64,000 nt of DNA, from the NCBI GenBank assembly GCA_001643675.2, contig LSRY02000008.1, positions 868,001 through 932,000 on the forward strand. Reading direction: 5' to 3'. Below are positions 14,600 to 27,801 of the stretch, piece by piece (positions within the stretch are counted from its first letter, which is position 1; each line of letters starts with the position of its first letter). The notes under the pieces are model-generated. The model was given only the letters and a program-made list of their open reading frames with translations. It had not been told where the DNA came from and did not search any database. The position numbers and the translations under genes are program-made. The DNA is from Monocercomonoides exilis PA203. Lineage: Eukaryota; Protista; Preaxostyla.

Positions 14600-16063
14600 C
14601 GGAGTGGGTGCAAATGACAAATACAATATTGAATTCTCCTTCAGACTTGGGATTGACTCTTATCTTTGCAAGCTAAAATATCATAACTTTAGCAGGCATC
14701 ACAAACACGCTTGGCAATAGATTTCTTGCGAATTGTGATCGATCCCTACATGCCACACCTCCAACTGCCCTCTTGTCACACTGAACAGCTCTCCAGTTGA
14801 TGATGGAAAAGAAAGTACTCCTGTTCCAATCGAAGTCTAATCTTTACCCGTTCCAATGACTGAAATCTTCTTTGTCTCAATATCAATTGTTGCTGTCTCG
14901 CTTGTGTGATTCCCGTCCATCAGTGTAACTGACAGGCTCACTTGAATCACGCTCTTTTCAACTGCAACACCAATGGTTCGGCATGCACTTGACTCGTTCA
15001 ATCCACACAACTCTTATTCACAGCCGCCACTCACAGCCACAAATCGATTGTGAATCCCTCTCTTCAGCCATTCCTTCTTTTCTGTGTGCTGAAATGTCCA
15101 ACCCGTTGAACTCGAATAATCATGTCCATAACACACTCTCTTCTCGTCTGTGTTTGTGGTGTAGCATTCATAGAACGGATTTCCTGAACCCAAATAGAGA
15201 TTGTATCTGTCCTCGTAATGGATGTCATCTCCATATGATGGATCACTTAAACAACTACAGTCATGAAAGAAAAGGAAAAAGAAATACAGTTTGTCACTTA
15301 GCAACACTTCTTTCCATGGAGAAAAGAACAATCCGCCTCCTTTTGTTGATGCTGTACACGAAGGAAACTGAATACTCCTCATTTTGAATTGCGTTGCATG
15401 AACAGTTTTGCAAAACATACCTCCACCATTAGCATTTTCAACAAAGCACAAAGTGAAATTGCAGTCAAACACACACGAGCTCCTTCCTTCTCCGTCTTCT
15501 TCACCAATGCATCTAGATCCTGAAACCTGAAAATTCACCAATCTCAACCCTCCTCCATCGTGGTGTGCCTTACAATTCTGGAAGTCACATCCGCTGACAA
15601 GGGCACATGAACGAATTTCGCAAGCATACACCCCTCCCCCGCCATAGTTTTGTGCTGTGCACGAATTGAACACGTTGCTCACCATTTTGATCGTCTTGAT
15701 TGCATGGCACATGACTGCTCCCCCATGGTAGTATGCAGCGCAGCCATTGAATGAACAATGAGAAACAGAAAGTTCTCCAGAATTGAGATTGTACATGCAG
15801 ATGGCACCTCCACTCGACATTCCATCCGACCATGAGCCACTTTCTCCTGTTGTCCTCGATCCACTCCACTCGCACCAAGTGAATGTATTCGCTCCATTAT
15901 CCGTTGTATTCTGTCTCCCTGGAGTCATCTTTCTATCTGCAGTTCCAGTGCATTCAACATCTCTTGTTCTGCAACATCCAATGAATGAGGTGTTTGAGGC
16001 AGTTAAAGAGGCCAAGGGGTTGTTGAGAATGAACAATCCCGCCATCATATGCATCACAAACAA
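14600..16063 (-). pseudogene. Fragment of pectin-lyase-like/PMP-type beta-helix surface protein
   Basis: 349-aa ORF with repeated GGA(I/V)/GGG…C.F..C.A motifs. The frame continues past the 15014 stop as ELCGLNESSACRTIGVAV…, with further stops. Confidence 0.75.
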
Positions 16064-19000
16064 ACCAAATTGAACAACTATTCATCAGATATGAGGTTTA
16101 AGAAAATGTTGTTGTTGAAGGTGAATAATCTGTAGATGATGTTGAAATGTTGAAAAATGATAATTTGGAGAGGGATACAGGGGGAATGGAAGACGATGAG
16201 AAAAATCGGTAAATAGAGGAGAAATGTGATTCAATAACTGAAATTCTTCCTTTCCCTTCACTTATTTGCCACATGATTCTTTGTGCTATATCGTAAAATA
16301 TCCCATTGAGCTTGAGTTCCCCTTATTCTGCCTCTTCTTCTGCTGCTGCTTCCGAAAAGATTTTTGTTAAAAAAAAATTCCACAAAAATTTCTTTCCCCA
16401 TTCTCTTCAGTTTTTTCCGCCGGGATCATTCTTCCAAACACTCTTCGGTTGCTGATTTCTCCCAATTTCTTCCAGGAATGCTCATAAAAAAAGCAGTGTT
16501 TCCACATCCCATATTTCATGCTCCCCCGGCGCTTCTGACAACACCTGATCGCATCACACATCAATGAAATCAAAAATAAAAAAATAAAAATCAAAAATGA
16601 CATATAAAGAAAATGAACAAACAAGAACAAAATACCTCCAGAAATTTTCATTTCCCTTCACTCCCTTCATCGCCTGTTTGCTTCTCTCCAAATAACTCTC
16701 ACCCCTACTTCATCGACTTCAAGCACCACGTCACGCTTTATCCTTACAAATTCAATTCGATCCAAAATATTGCAACTGGACCCGATTTTCATTTCGTCAC
16801 TTACCTTTAAAAAGCAGTCCAATCAAAAAGAGTGAGAAAAGTGCATTAAAAGAAGTTGATAAAAAATTGCAAGCAATTTACAAACAATGCATATGTTTCA
16901 TTCAATTTTTGCATAGGAGTTGTTTTAAAAGAATTATCATTTTAGCTTTCTAATAAAAGAGCATTGCGTATTTTTTGAATCTTTCAGAATTAGCAACATA
17001 AAAAATAAACTTGACGAAAAATCACCGCAGCAAACATAAAACACTATAATTCTTCTAGTTTCATTGAATCGAAAAATTCATTCAAACAATGCAAAGCTAG
17101 AAATAAATATTTTAATAAAATGTGATCAAAATTAAAATATAATGGGTTGCATAAAATCAAATTTTTTGGATAATTTTCATGATCGAATTTCAAAATTTCC
17201 CTCCTTGAATCACTTTGCTTTATTATGTAGATTAACGAAATAATATTTAAATAATGAAAAAATGTAAACTGAAAGTGGTACGATTTACACCTATGCCGAA
17301 TAAAAGTCCAAAGGAAATATATTTTGTCCCAAATTTTATTTTAACGAACTTCAGCATGTTTTTGATAACTCAAAACTATAACTTTGTTACAAGGAAATTT
17401 TTGGAAACCTATGTCAGTCGAAAGGATCAACCAGTGTCGAGTTTTTTTTTGGATTCAATTCAATATCACATAATTTCATAAAAATGATAATTAATTTTTA
17501 ATGATTTTTTAGCAAAAAATATTTTTTGACTTTATGTTTTAATTTAATTTTTATTTTCATGAAGGAGAAATAAAGTATAGACATTTTGAGAATTTTATTC
17601 TTCTGAAGCGTCAATCACGAAAATATTAAAACAGAAATTTCAAAAAAAGAGAAAGGAACAAATATTTTTTTTTGAAGATGAAATAAAAGCACACAAAAGC
17701 CATAATTAAATATAAATAAAAAAAAATTAGATTTTAAAGGAAACTATCAATTTCATGATACCATTTTGATACAGTTCACCTTCTTTGTTAATATTGAAAA
17801 AAGAAATATTGCCGTGTTATCTGCATTCATTTCTTGCAGTCCAATCCTGTTCTTTCACATCCTGAAATGCTCTTTCTAAAACGTTGCCAATCGGCTGAAT
17901 CTAGTTGCCAACAATTGAATTGCATTAGAACATGAAAAAGATAATTGGAAGACGAGAAGCAGCTGTTGAATTAATAAAAAAGTCACGCTTTTTTCAAAGA
18001 AGATAAAGAAGGTTTTACTGCTGGATTAGCACTTGACGAAGAAAAATAAGCAGAGGCAGTTAATGGAAGAGATGGTTTCAATGAATTGAACAAGCTATTA
18101 GCGAATAAAACAAACAAAAGATGAAAATCGAAAAGAGTTCTGGGAACAGAAAGAAAAGCAAAAACAGAGCTGACCTGCCATAGCATTTAGTGCAAATCAG
18201 TATTGCTGTCCAGCAGATAAACTGCTTCAAACATAATTTGAACCTCTTTGCAACTTAAATAGCAATATGATATGGAAAAAAGATAGAACAGCAAAGGCAC
18301 AGGAAGTCTTATCTTTCATAATGAAACGGCTGTCGACGTGAATGATGCGTGAACATCTGAATGAGGACGAAGACGAACATTCATCAGCTCAGTCATGTCA
18401 CTCCTGTTCCTCACGTTCCCATCACCATTTGATGTGGGTAATTATTTTTGAAATCATAACTTTTTTCGGGGTGTTGTTTTTTCAAAAGATTGTTTTCCTT
18501 TGGGAAGAAATTTCATATTCAAATGCTTCTATCACCACAACTGTTTTTGAAACAAATGTATCAACAGACTTAAAGATGAAAATGTCTTTTATTTGCCTAA
18601 CCACTTCTCACTGTTCATTTGTTAATATTCAAGAGAAATTTTTGGACCAAAAATTTTGAATGAATACATATGATTTCAAAAATAATCACCCATGTATCTT
18701 CGCAGTGGCCAACGTGTGCACTGTTAAGAAGATGTTTATGATGAACGATGAAAAATCTCCCATCGAAGACTGAAGGATAAAGAAGATTCTCAAAAGCCCG
18801 ATGCTCTCGTTCGGGAGACAGTGGTCTAGTAACATTCGGTTCAATTAGTTTCAGTCACATTTCAGTCAGAAGATAATTAATGGACCGCAAAGAAGAAGGA
18901 TAAAAACGAGAATGAAAGGATTGCGGTGGATGTGATAATGATGAAGATAAAGTGAAAAGTGAAACCTGGGAAGGAAAAGAAAACAGGAGTGGATACTGCA

Positions 19001-21346
19001 TTGAAACTGTTATCGAAAGCTGATTGCTTTGATACGAAGGGTTGTGATAAACCAAGCGGTTTTCTCTAACTTGAACATTATTTCTTTTATCTCTTCTTCT
19101 TCCTCTCCCTCTTTCAAATGCATTCTCTCCATAATTTTCATCTCTTGAGTGATTCTCCTCTCCATCTCTCTCTCTCTCTTCTCTCTCTGAATCGCCCTCT
19201 TTTATCTCTCCACTTCTGTCTCCACATAGCCAGGTGGGGTGTAACAGCGAGACAGCGCAAACATGTGGAAGGAGAAGAAATGCCTTCTCGGAATCTCCAC
19301 CAGATGAGAAGATGAAAGTTCATCTAAAACCAACGGAGTATCACTCAATTCATTCACAAAGGATGTCATTTCTACTGTTCAAGTTAGCTGCACAGGCTTT
19401 TGTGTTACTCTTGCGCTGTCAAAATGCTTCTCAATGTCTTTTCACTTAACCATTTCTGAGAGAAATATGTGAAGGTAATTTCTCCGCAAATGTAATCTTC
19501 TGGGTTGTCGGTTCTGGTGCTTTTGAGAAAAACTTTGGAAGGTGGGGCGATGTGAACAAGGAGAAGCTGCGAGAAAAGAAAAGAGGCGATGCAGACCGAA
19601 CCATTGGATACGAACAGCTGGATCTTGAATGATGAAAGGAATAAAAATAAAAAGGAAATAAATAATATTTAAAGGCAAAAAAGTTATAAAAAAAGAATCC
19701 AAACTTGAAAGATTATACTTTTCTTAAAAACCACTATCATCCGAATGGACTGCTTTTGCTTCTGAAAAAGCGGAACAAGCGCGCCATCTTCCTCCCGGCT
19801 TTCTGTTTCTGACTGTTCTACAGCTTTTGTTTTTTTCGTTGCTCTTCTCACAAACAGAAAGGGAGTCTTCATCCAAACAGGAAGAAGAAGAAACTGGCTT
19901 TCCGGCAGCACCAGTTGGAAGGAGACGAGTGTTTGGAAGAATTGAGCGGAAGATTTTGGCTCAGGTATTTCGATGGGAGTGGGGTAGTCATATTCAGGTG
20001 GGAGAGGGTCAGGAGGAGGTGGGTCGTCTTCTTTCATGAAGAGTGCAGTGGAGGGAGTTAACACAGAAAAGGGGAAGATGGCTTCATCAGCTGTGAATGG
20101 GACGGGAGAAGACAAAGCAGTTTTTGAAGGGTTTGTCGAATTCTCGGCATTTGGGTCGTATTCTTTGAGAGACAGCCATGGAATGTCTGAACTTGTCAAA
20201 AGCAGTTTTGTAGAAGAAGAAGTCGAAGCATTCAAACTCTCCTTTTTCGGCTCGATTATCTTCGGAGGAGGAGTTTGAATGCCACATTTGGAGGCGCCGT
20301 GGGTGGGATCGAAGACAAATTGGTGGGGAATACCTGAGGAGAAAAGAAGTGAATGTTTGGAAAGAAAAATAAAAGTCTAACAGAATAAACAGAAAATTTC
20401 TTGAGGTAAATAGAATAATCAGATAGTTTATAATATTTTAAAGGAATGAGCGATATCAATCAGAAAAAATAACAGCATTCCATCAAAATGATATATAAGA
20501 ATTGGCTTTGTGTCTAATGAAAGTTTGACTTTTTTCTTCTTCCAATTCCATTGCTTTTGAGCAGATGGAACATTAACTTAATCTTCTTCATCATTTTCTT
20601 CTTCTTCTTCACTTTCGCATTTATCATTTCTTCTTTCTCTTATCTTTTCTTTAAAACCAGATACTGATTCAAATAATGGTGAAAAAAATGAATGAGATGT
20701 TGGATCATAATCGACAGGCGGATTGAGAAGAGGGTATTTCTAAAAAATCTTTGATTGCAATTGTTTCATTCTCTTATCTGTTGAAGCACTTGAAATAATG
20801 TGCTGCTTGAAGATAAAGATGAAGAGGAAGAGAAAGAGAAGAAGAAAGACAGCTGATAGACAATTTCCAATTGAATTTTTTTTTCTTCAGTTTACAGCTC
20901 CAGCTCTTCTTTCTTTTTCTTAATCCTTTGTAGCTTCTTTCTCTTTCTCTTATTTCCTGTTTTATAATTGAACACTGCGTATCTCGGTGGTATCGCTTCT
21001 TCTTTCAATTTCTGCTCGGATGAGGAATTATTCTTTTTGTTGCTCCAATAGCTAAGTTTTGATTATCACAAATTATTTTCATTCTTTATCGTTATCAGAA
21101 TCTATTCCATTTCGTAACTTTTCCTGTAAATCGTACATTAATATTACAACAAAGATATTTATCACACCTTTTTTTGTCTTCCTCGTCCATAATCATGAAT
21201 ATCATGTTTGTTCGCAAAATTCAAAGCATGTTATTACTATAGAACACTTAAAAATAAACTTTATACAAATATTTGCATTCTTTTCGGTGATTCAAAAACA
21301 GATGAAATATATAACAAAAATAGGTTTGGAGTAATTATGATATAAT

Positions 21347-23988
21347 AGACCTATTTTAGTTAGAATCAATAAATTCAAATATGTTAACTCAATTTCAATT
21401 ACCTTCAACTTATCCAAATTTGCTTAATCTAATTCGAATTCCCTTAAACTTTTTTTTGGTTAAAAGGGCAATTTTATGATCAACACAAAATGATCGCAAG
21501 TTTTTGTTTTTGAGCATTTTTCACTAACTTTGAATGAAAACTGAACAAAAGATTATGGCTCATCATTAAAAAGAAATGTGTGTAATCAATTATTAAAAAT
21601 TTTTGAGTTTTTTCTGTAAATTTTTCTTAAATGTGACTTTTTTTATTATTGATGTATTCTCTTTCACATACACAAGCTTTGCATATTGCTATATGTATTG
21701 GATGATCCATTTTAGCTTTTAACGAGATTCAAATTGTATTTTCTTGAATTTTTTTGCATTTTGCAATATTTTCATTTCAACTTCAATTTTTATTGGCTAT
21801 GAAATAATAAAGAATGAAAATGAAGCTTAAGTTTAAAAATTTTTTTCTTAAAAATAAAACTAAAGAAAAAATCTTATAATTCTAAAAATTCTTTTTCCTT
21901 TTTTTTAAAAAAAGAGAGAAATGAGAAAGAAAATTGGTGAAAGTTTATTAAGAAAAATTATAATGATTATAATGGCCTTCATGTGGTTATTTGAATATAG
22001 TGATTGTTATTTTGTTTGACTATGATTTTCATTGGATGAGAAAGAAGAAGATCGTGCGCAAGATAAGTTTGAATCTGAAAATGCAGAAGAATCTGATTGT
22101 TGAGAAAATAAATGATGAGTTGAAATTAATTGCAAAGACGAAATTGGAAAGTTTGACAGTGGTTGAGTAGAAATTATCGTATCATTCAGTGAAGCTTGAG
22201 AAGAATATTGTGTATTTATTAGGGGCAAGGTGGAATTCGATAAATATTGATCAGATGAAGAAGTCGGCTTCCGCAGACGAGTTGATTCCCATTGATCTTG
22301 AAGAAACCAAGAAAAAGGGCAACTTCTTGTATCGTCGTTTATTCTTTCTCTTTCTTTCAAATTTTCTTCATTTCTTTCAGATTTATTGAAATTGACAGTT
22401 TATCTTTTTTCTTTTTCTTTTTCTTTTTCTTTTTCTTTTTCTTTTTCACTTTCTTTTTCTTCAAAAGTTGAATCATCATCTATTTCTATTTCTTCTCTTT
22501 CTTCTAACTCCAATAATGAATGTTTTTGTTTTTTCTCTTGATCTGAATGCATGGAAAATCGTTTGCAGTATGGGTCGTCTGATTCTGTTGATTCTTCTAA
22601 AAATGATAAATAATGGTAATATGAAAGTGAAAAAATGTTCTTTTCATGCTCAAAAGAACAATGTGTGTGCAAAAACAAAAACAAACCAATTCTTTGGATT
22701 GACTTTGAATATTCAAAAGTTGAATTCTCATTTGAAAGATTAAGTTTTTTTCTTTGTCTTTTTAGACATTGCTCGTTCGCTTTCTTTTTCGCTTCCTTTT
22801 TTTGATAAAATTGAGTGTGAAGTTCGTAAATAATCAACTCGTTTGCTTCGCAATCTGATTTCGTTAAAGGATTGTGTAAAATGTGAAAATTGGTTAAACA
22901 AACTGAAACAATAAAAAAATCTTCAACTGTTTTAATATCCATAGGCCAATTTCTTCTGAACACAGTAAATAAAGTCTTTAATCGTCCAAAAAACTTTTCC
23001 ACAATAACCCTGTGCTTCGATAGATATGGTGTTCCATGTGGTTTTGTAACAATAGCTCCCAGTTCTGCTTTTGCTCCCATATAGGCTGAGTCTGCCATGA
23101 TTTTGGAACCTTTGAGATGTTGAGAGAAGGTTGGATAGTGATTTTTGAATATTTCGTAGTCATGAACGCTTCCTGGGTAAAAATCGCTGATTGTGCTGGC
23201 TAATCCGTTCTTTGGATTGACTCCAATTTCAACTTTAACACAGTAAGAATGATGTTTTCCACTAAAAAATTTCATTCCATCTGCCAATTTTCCACTTGGC
23301 CTGTTAATAGGCACAATTGCGCAACCCATAATTAGACCAACCTCTTGTAACTCTTTAATTCTATCTTTACGAAAAAACAAAAAAAATTCACAACTGTATC
23401 TTTTATGTTTCCAACTATGCTGTGTAACAACTGCGTTACTGAGTTATGTGATTTGTATAATGGATAAGTCAAAAGTTCTGTCATTGATGTTGAGCCCAAA
23501 TGAAGGAAATTGAGTAAAATAAAAAGTTGTTCGTCGATATTTTGAATTGCCTTTTGCTTTCCACGATGTTGAGGTAATTCGTAATCAAGAAAAAGAAGCA
23601 ACATATCAAATTCTGTTCTTGTGAAACCTGTCAAGCGGAAAAATCCGTGAATGGGATCTTCGCTTTTTTGACAAGCTTTTTCTGTTAAGGAATTTTTTTT
23701 CTCTTCTGGAGTTATTGGCGTATGCGTTGGAAGCGTTATTCTTTTTTCTGCTCGCTCAAGAACCTCCAAAAAATTCAATCGTTCCATGACAAATATTTAT
23801 TTGCAAAATTTCAATTGATCTTTCACCATTTTTTGTTCAATCAACTTTATGATCAATAAACCAGTATTTGAAGTTTTGAAATTGATTGAGTCATTATGAA
23901 AAAGAATTTGTTTTATCGTATTTTTATCAAACTTATTTCAATTTTGTTCCACTTTTTCAAATTGAAAAAATATATTTAAAATAGGTCT
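21347..23988 (-). mobile_element. PIF/Harbinger-superfamily element (Pangu-like), ~2.6 kb
   Basis: 12-bp TIR AGACCTATTTTA at both ends; AAT at 21344-21346 and 23989-23991; internal DDE_Tnp_4 transposase. Confidence 0.85.
22400..23787 (-). pseudogene. DDE_Tnp_4 (Harbinger/ISL2EU-type) transposase, one frameshift
   Basis: FFRLTGFTRTEF and EQLFILLNFLHLG (HTH region); FFSGKHHSYCVKVE, PGSVHD, IMADSAY, RVIVEKFFGRLK. Frameshift in A-runs at 23372-23386; the first catalytic position reads G (IMGC). Confidence 0.85.
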
Positions 23989-25479
23989 AATAACAAACAT
24001 GTAAAACTTGCAATTTCTATTGATTCAATAATCCTTTTATTCAAAATCAAAATTTTTTTTCGACATTGAATCGTCATAGAAATAATTTCTGTTTTGAAAA
24101 TAAGTTAAAAGAAATTGAATCACACGAGAGATTGATCTATTCTACCGACTGACCTTTCGACAGACTGATCTTTGTCATTAGACTGATCTCGACAAAGATC
24201 TGTCGATAACCCATTTTTATAGCGTTTTTGGTTATTTTTCAGAAAATTATTTTTTATCAAAAAAAGTTGTTAATTATCAAATGAAATATGAAAATTATTT
24301 TTTTCTTCAAAAAAATCAATAGAAAAAGAGATATATTGAAATATCTTTAAAAATTACAAATAAAAAAGTTTAGAATCTGTCTTGTCGGTCGACTTGTCGA
24401 GGTGCTTTGTGACAAGTCGGCTTGTCTCAAAGGCCTACTCAAAACATCACATATAACGAAAACAAACAATTAACAAACGAAATATGCAAGAATTAAAAAT
24501 TGCAGTAAAATGTGCATATTCCGGTTCTTCTATTAATTTTGAATATTAAGTTCAACACAATTGAATGATAAATTGTGTAATCATATTATTTCAACAAACC
24601 AAAAAAAAAAAAAAAACTGACAAAAATACTCTGAATTTTTCTTCCAGCTGTGATTAGCAATTAATTCTTATTTGTTTGATGATTTTTTTAAAATGAAAAA
24701 TTGCTTTTGTGAAGTGATGTCTCTTTGAAAGAATAAATATTTTTCGTAAAAAAAATTCAAAAATGATTTCATGTTTTTCATCTTCTTATTGAGTCTGTTA
24801 ATTCATGATTCATGTTAATAACAATCAAATCAATGAAATCACTGTTCAAGAATGTTATCTTTCATTGAGGTTGTTGAAGATTTTCATTTGTTGATTATTA
24901 TTGGTGTTCATCACAACAATAGATGAATTGTGAATAGAATTTTTCTATTTGAATAGATTCAACTTATTTAAATGAACTGGGTTTTTCTTAAATGAAGTCA
25001 TGTTATTTTAAATGAGTGAAGTGACACTTGAATAAAGTGCGATACACTCAAATAAAGTTTTTTTGAAAAAATGGTAAACACTAATTATAAAATTTTTACG
25101 TTTTATATTTCACTTTATCAATAAAATAAATTAAAAAATCCAAAATAATTGTGATTTTTCAATATTCTCAAACATAATTTGAGACGTGTTAAAAGAAGAT
25201 TTTATTTGATAGAAACGACGTGAAATGAAAGAAAAAATGAATTTGTTCTCGTTTTTATATCCTGTTTTTTCTCATTAACAAAATATTTGATCATCACGTA
25301 ATTAAATATCTTAAATAAAAATTTGCTTCAATGAATGTTCATGGAGCGATTTATCACTGATATTTTCCGTAGTACTGAAGCGCGAAGCTGAATACATGGG
25401 TTGATGCAGCTTTCGATATCAACTTTCTATATTTACGGCTTATGAATCAATTATTTCATCAGATTTTTATTCAAAAAGC

Positions 25480-26400
25480 CACACTTGATTCTTCTTTAAT
25501 AAATCAGTATCTGCTTTCATCCACTGAGCGTCAGAAGAAATCCTTATCGTCACCATCCCAAACTCCTTCGGATCCTTTCTGCTGTTATCATTCACAATAT
25601 CTTTCTAATCTTCGGCTTCATTTTTTTCCTTCTTCCTCAAACAGCCAAAACAACAATGACTACAAGCAGTAATACAACAACCTCAATGCAAACAATCAAC
25701 TACCAATACGATTTCCCTTCTTTTCCTCCTTCAACAATCCTTTCATCCCCATTTGTTTTCGGCTCACTTCTCTTCTTCAGAACAAATGCATCAGTTGCAG
25801 ACAACCGCTTCCCAAACAAAATCATCACAAACACCTCTGTTTCATCCAAAGCCAATGAAATATTCTCTGATGGAACTCTTCCAATCACTTCCGTTTCTGA
25901 AACAAACCCATCTTCTTTAAAATGATATGTCTCAATCAGGTCTGTATCTCCAGCTGATAAAAACAGTCGGAATGACAAATCACATGGCAGAAGAAGCGCT
26001 CCATTGAATTGAATTTCAGTTCCACCTCCATTTTCGCTGGCAGAAGCCCCTTCCAGCTTGGGAATGAAGAAGGGCAATTCCCTTTCTCCTGCCATCCCTT
26101 CCAGGCTGCATCCATCATCCAGAATCCACAACGAAGAATTATCTTTCACCCCATCTCCTACCTTCAAGCACGAAATAGTCAGCGAAGCAGAATCGAAGCA
26201 GATGATATTATTCGGAGTAAACAATATAAAAAAAATGGATTGTGGTGAAAGAATTATCCTTTCTCAATCGTCACATTTCCAGCCAAGATCGACAATTCAC
26301 AAACGAAGAATTAGAAATTGAAGCTCCTTTGTTATAATTGCTGAATTTTTTTGATGGACAAGAGAATTATTCTGCACAAACAAATCTTCTAATCTTTAAG
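25480..26400 (-). pseudogene. C-terminal fragment of a large single-pass surface protein (cargo)
   Basis: 174-aa ORF ending EGGKEGKSYW*, followed in frame by LIVCIEVVVLLLVVIVVFGCLRKKEKNEAED*KDIVNDNSRKDPKEF: a TM segment plus cytoplasmic tail, with premature stops. Confidence 0.65.
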
Positions 26401-27801
26401 CTTCATCTTGAAAATGAGAAGTGAAGAAACAAAAGCTTCCAGCAAACAGATTTGTTCACACTCCAGCGAAAGAGCAGAACAGCATCAACAAAGCTATTTT
26501 TCTTTTGGTGTATCAACTACAACCTGAGAATGAGCAGTTATTCAAAAAAATCGATGTATTTAGAGAAATCAGCCATTCTCTCTAAGGAGAATTCGAATGA
26601 ACAGAAATGCAGCTGCACAAAATTACTGACAGCTTCATCTCTCTTCTCATTTTATTGTCAGCTCACATCCTTCTTCTCATCATATCTTCTCCGACAAAAC
26701 TTTTCAAAGTTCTGATCTCCAAAAACGGAACCTCATGAATCACACATCATTTTGAGGCCTATGAGAAATTGAAGCAAATTATGCCACAATTTCACATGAT
26801 CTGCCTTGAACATTTTCGCTGATCCGAATTCATCGACTTTTTCCAACAATAAGTTGATTCTTGAAATGGAATTTTGGAACTTCGTTATTACACCTTCTCC
26901 TTTGCAGCACATGAAGATGACCAGGAGCCTGTGAAAATAACCATTTTTTATGGAAAAAAGGACACAAGGGGAAAAAGAATGTGAAAAAACAATATAATTT
27001 CGAATGAGCTTCTGAAAATTTTGAAACAATTGAATAGACCTTAACTCACAAGGAAAACAATCTATGTATTTCACATTTGAGTATTGCTTTATTCGTAAAA
27101 CTGATATACGTTACGAATAATTAGAAAATTCGTTCAACGTGTTTTTAACAATTTTGAGCATTCGATATTCTGGATGCACCTCAATATTAATTTACTAATT
27201 TGTCTTTATTTTCAATTTGTCAGAAATGAATGAGTCTGGTGAGCTAAACTCAATCAACTTTACAAAAGCAATATGTGTTGAACTTTTATTTGACTTTTTG
27301 TTAAACTGATCATGTTTTTTTGGAGATTCTCTCAATATGATATCTTTTCAAGAAGATTTTAACAAATACTAATGATGTATCTCGATTTAAATGTTCTCTG
27401 GGAAAGTTGGAATCATTGTTCAGTGCTGATGTTTCATTTTCCCCATAATTTTGTAAGAATTTTATCTATTTCGAATAATGTCGTTATTGTCTGGCACAAG
27501 CTCAATTGCTTTCTTTGGAATTCCTAGAGATGATGAAGTTTCACACATTGGAAGGTTTTCATTTTGAATTTTTCGTATTGTTGACATTTGTACAAAAATA
27601 TGCAGGGAAAAGAATGTGGAATGTCCATCGTTTGATCAAAACGTTTTTAAATTTAATGCACACTAGAAAAATAAATCCTGTGAAAGTCTTTCCCAAAATG
27701 AAGATAATTCATCTCATCAACAAACTGTTTCATCAACATCAAATGTTCTGAATGTTGCTAATCATACAACACCATTTGTTAACAACGAAACAAGAGAACA
27801 T

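Larger units (their letters stand above)
12644..17297. mobile_element. Non-autonomous long-TIR element (~4.65 kb) with 8-bp TSD, carrying host gene fragments (Pack-type)
   Basis: Left end GGCATAGGTGTAAATTGTACCACTTTCAGTT; right end reverse-complements to GGCATAGGTGTAAATCGTACCACTTTCAGTT. Inverted similarity continues ~290 bp (12644-~12935 vs ~17005-17297). GAATAAAA flanks both ends (12636-12643, 17298-17305). Confidence 0.9.

Noticed and set aside
18850-21200. Minus-strand ORF pieces with an RPTF motif as a protein kinase
   Set aside because: No HRD/DFG/APE motifs seen; left unannotated.
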